Program-made: the position numbers and the translations under genes | From: an uncultured Fimbriimonas sp. | GTDB lineage: Bacteria > Armatimonadota > Fimbriimonadia > Fimbriimonadales > Fimbriimonadaceae | DNA: 32,400 nt | Reading direction: 5' to 3' | NCBI GenBank assembly: GCA_964251345.1 | Contig: CAXUKB010000003.1 | Span: 3,873 to 36,272, forward strand | The notes under the pieces: model-generated | What the model saw: only the letters and a program-made list of their open reading frames with translations | The model's database searches: none | What the model was told of the DNA's origin: nothing | Shown: piece by piece, positions 24,337 to 32,400 of the stretch | Numbering within the stretch: the first letter of the stretch is position 1 | How the letters are laid out: every line of letters starts with the position of its first letter

Positions 24337-25188
24337 ATGGTGTGGCTTCTCCTCCTCATTCCCGGGCTGTACCTGCTGATCATCGTGGCGCTCGCGCTCC
24401 TCGCCCGACGGCCGCCGCGCATTCCGACGTGGATCTCGCCCGCGTCGCTGGGGGTGCCTACCGAGTCGGTTCGGATCGGCGAACTGCACGCCTGGTGGTG
24501 CCCCCATCCGTCGCCGCGGGGCGCGGCGCTGATGGTGCATGGCTACGCGATGAACCGCTCCGAGTTCGTGCCGGAGGCGGCGGTGCTCTGGCGCGAGGGG
24601 CTGTCGGTGCTGCTCCTCGAGACCCGCTCCCACGGACGGAGCAAGGGAGGGCCGGGCGGCTTCGGGTGGATCGAGCGTGACGACGTGACGGCGGGCGCGC
24701 GATGGCTTCGGGAGCGGGTGCCCGGCGTGCCGCTTATGATCGTCGGGTCGTCGCAGGGCGCGGCGGCGACCGCGTTCGCAGTGGGCGAAGATCCCTCGCT
24801 CGCCGACGCCCTCGTGCTCGACGGCGCCTATGGACGCATGGACCGGGCGGTCCGGGGCTTCCTCGATTTCCTGTTCACCCGTCGCTTCGGCCGCATTTTC
24901 GCCCCCGGGGTGCCGCTCACCGGACTTTTTCTGGGATTTTCGCCGCGCGGCAAGGACGTCGCGGCGGCCCTCGCCGCGATGGGTCCCAAGCCCGTGCTCA
25001 TCTTCCACGGCGAACGCGACCTGATCGCCCTGCCGAGCGAGGCCCGGCGCAACGTCGCCGCGCTCCAAGGCCCGACGACGGTCGTGTGGCAACCCGAAAT
25101 GGGCCACGCCGAAGGCCGCTGGGAGCGCGCCGAGGAGTATCATGCCGCCCTAAGGCAGTTTGTGGAGGCTGTCACCGCTCCGTCCTAG
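24337..25188 (+). CDS. Membrane-anchored alpha/beta hydrolase
   Basis: Start reassigned to ATG 24337 (MVWLLLL). MVHGY, RSHGRS, GSSQGAA nucleophile, FHGERD, MGH. Confidence 0.88.
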   Translation: MVWLLLLIPGLYLLIIVALALLARRPPRIPTWISPASLGVPTESVRIGELHAWWCPHPSPRGAALMVHGYAMNRSEFVPEAAVLWREGLSVLLLETRSHGRSKGGPGGFGWIERDDVTAGARWLRERVPGVPLMIVGSSQGAAATAFAVGEDPSLADALVLDGAYGRMDRAVRGFLDFLFTRRFGRIFAPGVPLTGLFLGFSPRGKDVAAALAAMGPKPVLIFHGERDLIALPSEARRNVAALQGPTTVVWQPEMGHAEGRWERAEEYHAALRQFVEAVTAPS

Positions 25189-25195
25189 GTCCGGG

Positions 25196-25230
25196 CTCCT
25201 CTTCTTGCCCCGCGGCGGCAAGAAGAGGAG
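25196..25230. terminator. 14-bp perfect hairpin between convergent genes (possible bidirectional terminator / palindromic repeat)
   Basis: CTCCTCTTCTTGCC CCGCGGC GGCAAGAAGAGGAG; no U-tract on either side. Confidence 0.5.
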
Positions 25231-25233
25231 GCG

Positions 25234-25893
25234 CTATCCGTTCATCTCTCGGGTGACCAACGCCTGCACCGCCGTCATCGCTTCCTCGAGTTGGAGGCGG
25301 ACCGCCTCGAACGCCTCCGGCGAGGCGTCGCAGGGCACGGCGATCGGCTCGCCCGCAATCATCAACACCCGCGCGAAGGGCTTGGGGACCACGTAGCGGT
25401 CCCACGATTTTCGGGCGACCCAGGCGTGCGACACGGCGGCGCCGACCGGCACGAGCCGCGCGCCCGAGCGTTGGGCGATCACGAGCACCCCCTCCTGGAC
25501 TCTTTCGGAAGGGCCGCGGGGGCCGTCCGGGGTCATCGCGAGGACGTCGCCGTCGCGAAGGGCTTTGATCGCGCGCACCGCCGCCCGGATCCCCCCACGC
25601 CCCCGGCCCGTGCTGCCCCGCGTCGTGCGGAACCCCAGGCTCTCGAACACCGCGTTCTGGATGTCGCCGTCGCGCGACCGGCTCACGATGACCCACCAGC
25701 CCCGATCCCGGAAGTAGGTGGCGAAGGGAAAGGTGCGCCCGTGCCAGCCGCAGTAGACGACGCGCGCGGGGTCCGCCTCGAAGCCGCGCGCCTCGACCCG
25801 CAGGGTCCGCCCGATCAGCCCTACCATAAACGACAGCAGCCCGGAGACGAAGTCCGGCCGCCGATTACGCCAACGCTTCTTTAATCGAGCCAT
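25234..25893 (-). CDS. DUF374 / lysophospholipid acyltransferase family protein
   Basis: WHGR, VSRSRDGD, RGST, MTPDGPRGP, SWDRYVVPKPF; likely start ATG 25893. Confidence 0.9.
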   Translation of the reverse strand: MARLKKRWRNRRPDFVSGLLSFMVGLIGRTLRVEARGFEADPARVVYCGWHGRTFPFATYFRDRGWWVIVSRSRDGDIQNAVFESLGFRTTRGSTGRGRGGIRAAVRAIKALRDGDVLAMTPDGPRGPSERVQEGVLVIAQRSGARLVPVGAAVSHAWVARKSWDRYVVPKPFARVLMIAGEPIAVPCDASPEAFEAVRLQLEEAMTAVQALVTREMNG

Positions 25894-26981
25894 CCGCGCT
25901 TCCTCGCGAGATCGCAGCAAGGGTGCAGGGGGTAGCGGACGACGAGCTCGCGCAGGATCGCCGAGGCCCGCGCGGGCTCGCGTTCGCGTTCGAGCCCGGC
26001 AAGCGCGAGAAGGGCCTCGGGACGCTGGGGCTCGTCCGCTCCCGCGTCGGCGACGCTCAGGAGAAGGGCCCGGGCGAGCGCCGGATGGCCCTCCTTCAGG
26101 CCCTCGGCGAACGCCACCCGCCGGGCGGCGGGAAGGTGGGCCGCCATGCCGATCTCCGACAGTCGGGCGAGAATCGCGGGCCGCTCGGCTTCGGGCTCGA
26201 CGCGAAGCAGGGTGAGCAGGACGTCCGCCTCGCGCGGAGGCTCGTGGAGGTCGTGGAGCGCGTCGGCAAGGTCGCGGAGTGCCTTCGGATCGTTCGGGTG
26301 GCGCTTGAGATGAGCGCGGGCCGCGGCCTCGGCGGCGGCGGGGCCACGCGCGTTCATGCGGTCGAGCACCTCATGCCCGATCCGCTCCTGTCCGAGATCG
26401 GGTGCGCAGAAGGCGACGGCGAGCAGCGCACCCATGCCCAGGCCGCCGAGGTGAGCCCAGTACGCGGTGCCGCCGGTGTCGTCGCCGAGGTGGACGAACG
26501 CGCCGACGAACTGAACGGCGGCCCAGAAGGCGACGATCGCCAACACGGGCACCGCGAGATTGGGCCCGACGGCGACGCGCAGGCCGCGGTAGCGGACGCC
26601 ATAGTAGGCGGCGCAGCCCGCGACCGCGCCGCTCGCGCCGATCAGCGGCGCGCCGCCGCTGTGGCGGAGCGCCAGCCAGTGGAGACCCACGCCCGCGAGC
26701 ATCGAGGCGAAGTAGACCAGCCCAAAGCGAAGGGGACCGGTCGCGATCTCCACCGCCGCCCCGACCGCGGCAAGGAACACGAGGTTGCCCAGGAGATGAA
26801 AAAGGTTTGCGTGCAGAAACGGTCCGACCAAGGCCCCCGCGAGGGTCGGACGGTCGGCGCGAAAACCGAACTCGCGCCCGAGGCCGGGCGCGACGACGAG
26901 CGCGAAGGCCGCCGCGAGGTTGGCCCCGATCAGGAGGAGGGTCAGGATCGGGACGCCCCGGGAGGACTTCGCTGCGGTCAC
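25881..26981 (-). CDS. Rhomboid intramembrane serine protease with a C-terminal TPR-like helical domain
   Basis: FLHANLFHLLGNLVFL, IGASGAV (catalytic Ser), AYWAHLGG (His); Ala/Leu-rich helical tail ending ELVVRYP. Confidence 0.9.
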   Translation of the reverse strand: MTAAKSSRGVPILTLLLIGANLAAAFALVVAPGLGREFGFRADRPTLAGALVGPFLHANLFHLLGNLVFLAAVGAAVEIATGPLRFGLVYFASMLAGVGLHWLALRHSGGAPLIGASGAVAGCAAYYGVRYRGLRVAVGPNLAVPVLAIVAFWAAVQFVGAFVHLGDDTGGTAYWAHLGGLGMGALLAVAFCAPDLGQERIGHEVLDRMNARGPAAAEAAARAHLKRHPNDPKALRDLADALHDLHEPPREADVLLTLLRVEPEAERPAILARLSEIGMAAHLPAARRVAFAEGLKEGHPALARALLLSVADAGADEPQRPEALLALAGLEREREPARASAILRELVVRYPLHPCCDLARKRGWLD

Positions 26982-27721
26982 GCTTCGGCCAGGAGCTCGT
27001 CGTCGAGATCCACGTTAACGTACGTTTCCTGGACGTCGTCGAGTTCGTCGAGTGCGTCCAAAAGGTTGATGAGCTTGAGGGCGTCCTCTTGGGAGGGCTC
27101 CGTCTTGTTGGTGGCCAGGTAGGTGAGCTCGACGTCGGTCGCCTTGACCCCCCGCTTTTCGAGCTCGCCGTTCACGCGGTGAAGGTCTTCCATCGCGGTG
27201 ACCATGGTGAAGGCGTCCTCGTCGACGAGCACGTCTTCCGCGCCCGCGTCGAGCGCCATGAGGGTAAACTCCTCCTCCTCCTGGCCGTTCCGATCCACGA
27301 CGATCTGACCGACGTGCTTGAACTGCCACATGACGGAGCCGTTCTCCCCCAGCGCTCCGCCGTTCTTGGTGAACGCGTGCCGGATCTCGGCCACCGTGCG
27401 GTTGCGGTTCTCGCTGTAGCACTGAAGGACGAGGGCGCTGCCGCCCGGTCCCTTACCCTCGTACAAAATCTCTTCGTAGGCCGCGCCTTCCACGGCGCCG
27501 GTGCCTCGGTCGATCGCCCGCTTGATGTTCTCGGCGGGGAGGCTCGAATCGCGCGCTTTCTGAACCGCGACGCGAAGGCGGGGGTTCATCCCCGGGTCGC
27601 CGCCGCCCGCACGCGCGGCGACGATGATCTCTCGGGAAAGCTTCGTGAACTGCCTTCCGCGAATCGCGTCCTGCTTGCCCTTACGAAGTCGGATGTTTTT
27701 CCATTTGGAATGTCCGGCCAT
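26978..27721 (-). CDS. yebC: YebC/PmpR family protein
   Basis: Start 27721 MAGHSKWKNI; NPRLR, NIKRAI, YEGKGPGG, NRNRT, LDDVQETY. Confidence 0.95.
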   Translation of the reverse strand: MAGHSKWKNIRLRKGKQDAIRGRQFTKLSREIIVAARAGGGDPGMNPRLRVAVQKARDSSLPAENIKRAIDRGTGAVEGAAYEEILYEGKGPGGSALVLQCYSENRNRTVAEIRHAFTKNGGALGENGSVMWQFKHVGQIVVDRNGQEEEEFTLMALDAGAEDVLVDEDAFTMVTAMEDLHRVNGELEKRGVKATDVELTYLATNKTEPSQEDALKLINLLDALDELDDVQETYVNVDLDDELLAEA

Positions 27722-27774
27722 GGTGCCCTCTATTTTGGCACGGCAAGGCAAGAGGCTCCCGTACAATAGAATCG

Positions 27775-28083
27775 ATGGCGCAGACGATCGCGATCACGGA
27801 GGAGGGGCAGGCGTTTTTCGAAGAGCGCAACGACCCTACGCTACGAGAGAGGATCGACGAACTGATCGAGCGCTACTCCGAAGCGATGGGGGATTTTCCT
27901 CCCATCTTGGACGCTTTCCAAGATCCTGACACTGGCCGTACCGAGATTTGGATTGGAGTCGAGGTGGATCCGGCGCTTGCCGACCACGCTCGCGAGAGAT
28001 TTCACACCTACATGCGCGAATGGTTTCGTCAGAGCGACGCAACGCTGCGGCGCGAGATCGCTTTCGGCATCCGGTACCGCTGA
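27775..28083 (+). CDS. Hypothetical acidic protein, putative partner/antitoxin of the downstream HEPN
   Basis: TACAAT 7 nt upstream; TGATG overlap with the HEPN start; FQDPDTG..EIWIGV motif. Confidence 0.7.
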   Translation: MAQTIAITEEGQAFFEERNDPTLRERIDELIERYSEAMGDFPPILDAFQDPDTGRTEIWIGVEVDPALADHARERFHTYMREWFRQSDATLRREIAFGIRYR

Positions 28084-28465
28084 TGGCGATCCGCCCAGAC
28101 GACCTTCTGCGCCTGGCGGAAAAGTTGACAAGCGAGGCCGAAATCTGCCCGACATCCCTCATCGATATGCGTTGTGTCGCGCCGCCATCAGCCGATCCTA
28201 CTACGCCGTCTATCACGCGGCCCTGGCGCTTGCTCGGAGACAAGGGTTCGACGGCTTTGCGCTAAACATCGGTTCTCACGAGGCGCTGTGGAAGGTGTGG
28301 TTCGCGGAACGTGAAGGAGACGCGGACTTAGCGAGTGACGGGAACGAGCTTAAAGCGCAAAGAACCCGTGCCGACTATCGCCTCCGAGAGAACTTTTCCA
28401 CGAGCGTGACACGAGCCACGGTCAACGACGCAAGGCGCGTGATGATACGGATTCAAAGAGGCTGA
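28083..28465 (+). pseudogene. HEPN-domain protein (UPF0332-like) with a one-base frameshift
   Basis: N-terminus MAIRPDDLLRLAEKL from ATG 28083 is in one frame. ALCRAAISRSYYAVYH, GSHEAL and LKAQRTRADY are in another. The shift is near 28160-28170. Confidence 0.8.
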
Positions 28466-28471
28466 AGCCGT

Positions 28472-30973
28472 TTAGAACCGGCCGCCGATGCCCAGGGTGA
28501 TTCGGCGGCCCTGCTGGAAGCGGGTGCCGCTGAAGTCCGACTGGAAGTTGATCACCTTGAGCGAGTTGAACAGGTTCTCGACGTCGAGCGTGAGTCCCGC
28601 CCGGCCGTGGAAAAGGCGGTTGCCGGAAAAGATCTTGAAGTCGAACTCGTCCTGCGGCGTCCGGCTGGTGCTCGGCGGGACGACGCTGCTGGCAAGGCCG
28701 CTGCCGAACTCGTAGGTCAGCGCCGTGCTCGCGCCGGAGCGCCAAGTGTAGGCCGCGCCTGCGCCGACCGTCTGACGCTGGTCGTGGTCGTTGTACTGCG
28801 GCACCGGCGCGCCGGTGTTGTCGAGCCCGCCCGGCTTGGCCGCGCTGTAGGAGTAGTTTACGTACCCGTCCCAGCCGATGCCGCCCGGCGCCGAGACGTC
28901 GTAGGAGAACTCGGTGCCGTGGACGCTCGCACGCTGGTTGCTGACCGTGCTGTAGATGCCGATCTGCGAGCCGGGGATGAGCAGCGCCGTGTCGAACTGG
29001 TTGTTGATCTGCTTGTAGTAGTAGGCGAGCGTGACGTGCTGGCCGTGCCCGAGGTTGTGCAGAATCGCCGCGTCGTACTGGTTAACGATCTCCGGCTTGA
29101 TGACCTGCCCCAAGAGCGCGCCCTGCGCGATGGGCGGCGTGTTCAGCAGATGGTTGTACGAAAGGTGGAGCTGGGTGCGCCGCTCCAGGGCGTAGGCGAA
29201 GTTCAGGCGGGGGCTGAGCGCCAACGCGCTCGTCTTCGCCGCGTCCCCGTCCAGGGATTGGCCGTACGCGTCGAGCCGGAGGCCGTAGTCGGTGGTCAGC
29301 CTCCCAAGTGTCCAAGTGTCTTGGGCGTACCCCGCGCCGTAATAGCCTTTTCGGTCGATGACCACCGTCGGCACCGTGCCCGTCGCGGTGTACACCGGAT
29401 TGCCGTTCACGTCGAGGGACGAGGAAGCGGTGCCGACGGGGGCGAGGTTGGGCGCGATGGCGGCGACCGCGTCGAGCGCGAGCTGCGAGCCGGGCACGAG
29501 GTGATACGACTCGACGCCGCTCTGATCCTGGTAGACGAAGCCCGCCTTCAGGCGGTGCGTCCCGATCACGTCGCCGACGTTGCCGGTGAACTGAAGGTTG
29601 TGCGCGTTCCGGTAGACGGAGGGGCTGTACTCGACGCTGCTGTCGACGGGCAGGTCCGAAAGGCTCACCGAGGGGTTGCCGTTGGTCACGTCCTGACCGC
29701 TGTGAAGGATCGTGACCGCGAGCTGGGCGTCGGAGGCCTTCGCCAGGTGTCGCGTGTAGGCGAGGGTTGCGAACTCGTTCGTGTCCCGCTCGGTGATGTC
29801 CTGCCCCGCCGCCTGCTGGCTAGGGAGCAGGATCGTGCCCGCGCCCAGCGCCGTCGAGTCGCCCGCGTCGGGCCGAGTGCCGTCCGCGTTGCGCTGCCCG
29901 AACAGGCCGTAGCCTTGGCCCACCGAGCGGAAGCTCGACGGCAGGCCGGTGCGGTTGGGAATGTCGATATCGGCGGGATTGCCGCTCAGGCTGAGCGAGA
30001 AGGCGTCACGCGACGTGGGCGCCCAGCGGAAGCGCGCGAAGCCGCTCGCGGTCTCGCCGAAGTTGTGCGCGTCCTGGTGGTCGGGCTGCTGCGCCTCCTG
30101 GAAGTTGCGCGTCCGGCTGCCGTTGAGGTCGAGCACGTAGTTCGCCTTCCCGCCCAGCAACGGGCCGACCGAAGTGACGTCGCCGGAGAAGGCGTCGTAC
30201 GAGCCGCCGACAAGGCTGTAGTCCGTGCGCGCCGTCGAGACGTTCTGCAGGGTGGTGACGTTCAGCACCGCCGCCGTCTGCGCGCCGAACTCCGGCGCGA
30301 AACCGCCGGTGATGATCTCCAGGCTCTGGATCGTGCTCGACACGACGACCGAACCCTGACGGCCGGAGAGCGTGTCGGGAAGGGGCACGCCGTCCACGAC
30401 GTAGCTGATATCGCCGTGCTCGCCGCGCACGTGCGCCTGTCCATTCGAGTCCTCCGCGACGCCCGCCTGGCCTTTGGTGAGCGCCTTCGCGTCTTGCTGG
30501 CCCTGAGGGGTGAACTTCTGGATGTCGCCCTTGTCGCGCACCGTGCTGTTCGCGCCCGCCGGGGCCTTGTTCGCCGGCGCGAGGCGGGTGGCGGTGACGC
30601 GGATCGTGATCTCCTTCGTCGGGAGCTGGGCCCCTTGCGTGAGGGTGACCGTCGTCCCGAGGGGAATGGTGATCGTGGTCGCGCCGTCGTCGACCGCCGT
30701 GCCGAGGTGGGCCGTCTCGACCGCCGGCGTCTCGCCGGGGTGGAGCGCGTTGGCGGAGAGGGTCGCGGAGCGTCCTTCCGCGTTCGTCACCGTGACGAAG
30801 CCGCCCGTGGGCTTGCCGGTGGCGGGATCCACGACGACGAAGCGCACCACGCCCAGACCTGCCGCGTGCGACGAGGCCGCGGCGGCGAGCAACGCGAGCA
30901 AGACTAGGGAGCGCGGACGGGGCGTCCGCCGGCGGCAAGCGGACGCCCCGTCCGCAGAAAGACATCTACGCAT
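28472..30973 (-). CDS. TonB-dependent outer-membrane receptor
   Basis: Signal peptide; plug HVRGEHG..YVVDGVP, IITGGFAPEFG; barrel YAQDTW, GLRLD, SPRL, DVENLFN; C-terminal Phe. Confidence 0.93.
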   Translation of the reverse strand: MRRCLSADGASACRRRTPRPRSLVLLALLAAAASSHAAGLGVVRFVVVDPATGKPTGGFVTVTNAEGRSATLSANALHPGETPAVETAHLGTAVDDGATTITIPLGTTVTLTQGAQLPTKEITIRVTATRLAPANKAPAGANSTVRDKGDIQKFTPQGQQDAKALTKGQAGVAEDSNGQAHVRGEHGDISYVVDGVPLPDTLSGRQGSVVVSSTIQSLEIITGGFAPEFGAQTAAVLNVTTLQNVSTARTDYSLVGGSYDAFSGDVTSVGPLLGGKANYVLDLNGSRTRNFQEAQQPDHQDAHNFGETASGFARFRWAPTSRDAFSLSLSGNPADIDIPNRTGLPSSFRSVGQGYGLFGQRNADGTRPDAGDSTALGAGTILLPSQQAAGQDITERDTNEFATLAYTRHLAKASDAQLAVTILHSGQDVTNGNPSVSLSDLPVDSSVEYSPSVYRNAHNLQFTGNVGDVIGTHRLKAGFVYQDQSGVESYHLVPGSQLALDAVAAIAPNLAPVGTASSSLDVNGNPVYTATGTVPTVVIDRKGYYGAGYAQDTWTLGRLTTDYGLRLDAYGQSLDGDAAKTSALALSPRLNFAYALERRTQLHLSYNHLLNTPPIAQGALLGQVIKPEIVNQYDAAILHNLGHGQHVTLAYYYKQINNQFDTALLIPGSQIGIYSTVSNQRASVHGTEFSYDVSAPGGIGWDGYVNYSYSAAKPGGLDNTGAPVPQYNDHDQRQTVGAGAAYTWRSGASTALTYEFGSGLASSVVPPSTSRTPQDEFDFKIFSGNRLFHGRAGLTLDVENLFNSLKVINFQSDFSGTRFQQGRRITLGIGGRF

Positions 30974-31794
30974 TACTCAACCTTAAAAATGATCCGGAAC
31001 CGGACGTGCTGCTCGACCGGAGCGTCGTCGACCGTGGCGGGTTTGAACTTATAGCGCCGCGCCGCGTCGAGCCCCGCGTCGTCGAGCGCCTTGACGCCCG
31101 TGCCCTCCGCGATCTTCACGTTCGTGGGGTGCCCCCCGGTGTCCACGTCGGCCTCCACGATAAGCGTCTTTTCGAACGGCTCTGCACGCAGATCGTCCGG
31201 GATCGTCGGCTGGGGCGAGTCGATCGCCTCCGCCTGCACGATGCGGCGCGGCGCGGGAATGGGCTTCGCGGGCGGCGGCTCGACGACAGGCGGCTTGGGC
31301 GCGGGTTCCGGCGGCTTCGTCACGGGCGGCTCGACCTTGGGCTCCGGCTTCGGCTCGGGCGTGGGCGGCTTCTCGACCGGCGGCGGGGTCTTCGCGGGAC
31401 CGCCCGCGCCCGGCGGCAGCGCTCCGGCCTTGCCGGAGCCGTTCGGGTCGACCGTCGGGCCGCCGCCGCTGCCGCCCTCGCCGGGCGTGGCCGCCGAGGC
31501 CACGACCTTCGGTTGTGGCACGTTCGAGCGCGACGCCGCCGACGTTTTGGGCGCGCCGCCAGGCGCCTTCTTCACCGGCGCGGCCTTCTTTTTCGCCGCC
31601 TTCTCGGCGGGTTTCTCCTTCTCCAGGGGCGGCATTGTGACCATCACCACCCGCGAGGTGTTGAGCTGACGCTGGATCTCCTTGAACGCCCCGAAATGAG
31701 CGAGGATCGGCAAGGCGACCGCGTGCGCCGCGAGGGTCGCCACGACGATCTTTGCGAGGAGTGGATTGCCTTTCTTGCGCCGACGCCTTGCCAT
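30973..31794 (-). CDS. tonB: TonB energy transducer
   Basis: N-terminal TM with His (TLAAHAV), Pro/Lys/Glu-rich linker, C-terminal LDDAGLDAARRYKFKPA. Confidence 0.9.
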   Translation of the reverse strand: MARRRRKKGNPLLAKIVVATLAAHAVALPILAHFGAFKEIQRQLNTSRVVMVTMPPLEKEKPAEKAAKKKAAPVKKAPGGAPKTSAASRSNVPQPKVVASAATPGEGGSGGGPTVDPNGSGKAGALPPGAGGPAKTPPPVEKPPTPEPKPEPKVEPPVTKPPEPAPKPPVVEPPPAKPIPAPRRIVQAEAIDSPQPTIPDDLRAEPFEKTLIVEADVDTGGHPTNVKIAEGTGVKALDDAGLDAARRYKFKPATVDDAPVEQHVRFRIIFKVE

Positions 31795-31801
31795 AGGTCC
31801 C

Positions 31802-32212
31802 CTAACGATTCGTCGCGAAGCCGAAGTTCTGCACGCCGGCTTGGCGCGCCTCGTCCATCGCCGCGACGACCGAGCCGTACGGCACCTTCTCGTCGGAGTT
31901 TAGGGTCACCAAGGTGTTTTTGTTCACCCCGATCGCTTTGAGCCCCTGCCCGAGGCTGGCCAGGGTCGTCTTGCCGAGGTTGAGGTAGACGTCGCCGTTC
32001 GGCAGGAGGGTGATCGTGACGGTCTGCGAGCGCTGATCCTTGCCCGTCGAGGCCTTCGGCAGGGTGACGGGCAGGCCGTTCTGAACCGCCATCGCGAGGC
32101 TCGCCACCATGAAGAAGAACAGGAGGAACATCATGACGTCGATCATCGGGATCACGACGATCTCGGGCTCCTCGATCCGCTTTCGCCGCCCGATCTTGAC
32201 CCGCTGCCTCAA
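31802..32212 (-). CDS. exbD: Biopolymer transport protein ExbD/TolR
   Basis: IPMIDVMMFLLFFFMV, VTLPKA, SDEKVPYGSVVAAMD; TTG start overlapping the exbB stop. Confidence 0.93.
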   Translation of the reverse strand: MRQRVKIGRRKRIEEPEIVVIPMIDVMMFLLFFFMVASLAMAVQNGLPVTLPKASTGKDQRSQTVTITLLPNGDVYLNLGKTTLASLGQGLKAIGVNKNTLVTLNSDEKVPYGSVVAAMDEARQAGVQNFGFATNR

Positions 32213-32400
32213 TCGATCCGCCCGGTCATGTAGTTCACGAGCTCCGCGCCGTAATACTCCACGTCCTCGATCGTCTTGCGCACGAGGTTCGCGAAGTAGT
32301 TCGACGCGATAAATCCCACCACCGCGAGGGTGATGCCGGTGGCGGTCGAGGTCAGGGCCTCCGAGATGCCGCCGAGCACCGCCGTCGGGTTGCTCAGGCC
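32209..32400 (-). CDS. exbB: ExbB/TolQ/MotA family protein, 3' end only (not in the ORF track)
   Basis: Manual translation: GLSNPTAVLGGISEALTSTATGITLAVVGFIASNYFANLVRKTIEDVEYYGAELVNYMTGRID*. Confidence 0.9.
   Translation of the reverse strand, partial: GLSNPTAVLGGISEALTSTATGITLAVVGFIASNYFANLVRKTIEDVEYYGAELVNYMTGRID

Noticed and set aside
31250-31420. Repetitive DNA in tonB
   Set aside because: Ordinary Pro/Lys/Glu-rich TonB linker.

Overview
GC-rich bacterial chromosomal window, probably from an outer-membrane-bearing, flagellated organism. The protein style suggests Armatimonadota/Fimbriimonas-like (inference, not verified). Housekeeping genes: pyrimidine-nucleoside phosphorylase, ECF sigma, ribF, thyX, gmk, yebC. 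It also carries a DUF2891/membrane/DUF1800/DUF1501 run, a flagellar rod/ring operon (flgF-flgG-X-flgA-flgH-flgI-flgJ-flgN-flgK) and an exbB-exbD-tonB-TBDR operon. Accessory DNA includes three small toxin-antitoxin-like pairs (two look disabled) and a REP-associated tyrosine transposase (RAYT) flanked by inverted 55-bp REP doublets. The RAYT is frameshifted exactly at a perfect 19-bp palindrome. Further copies of its REPs abut stop codons. Top observations: (1) an intact chimeric gene X (flgA 5' part + flgG middle, no D0 helices) apparently born by tandem duplication, next to an FlgA carrying a rod-D1-like N-terminal domain; (2) the RAYT/REP system, with an 'empty' REPIN-like copy and a palindrome-linked frameshift; (3) pervasive leaderless-type -10 boxes; (4) a family of heptamer purine/pyrimidine repeats. 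All calls come from motif recognition by eye; no database searches were run.
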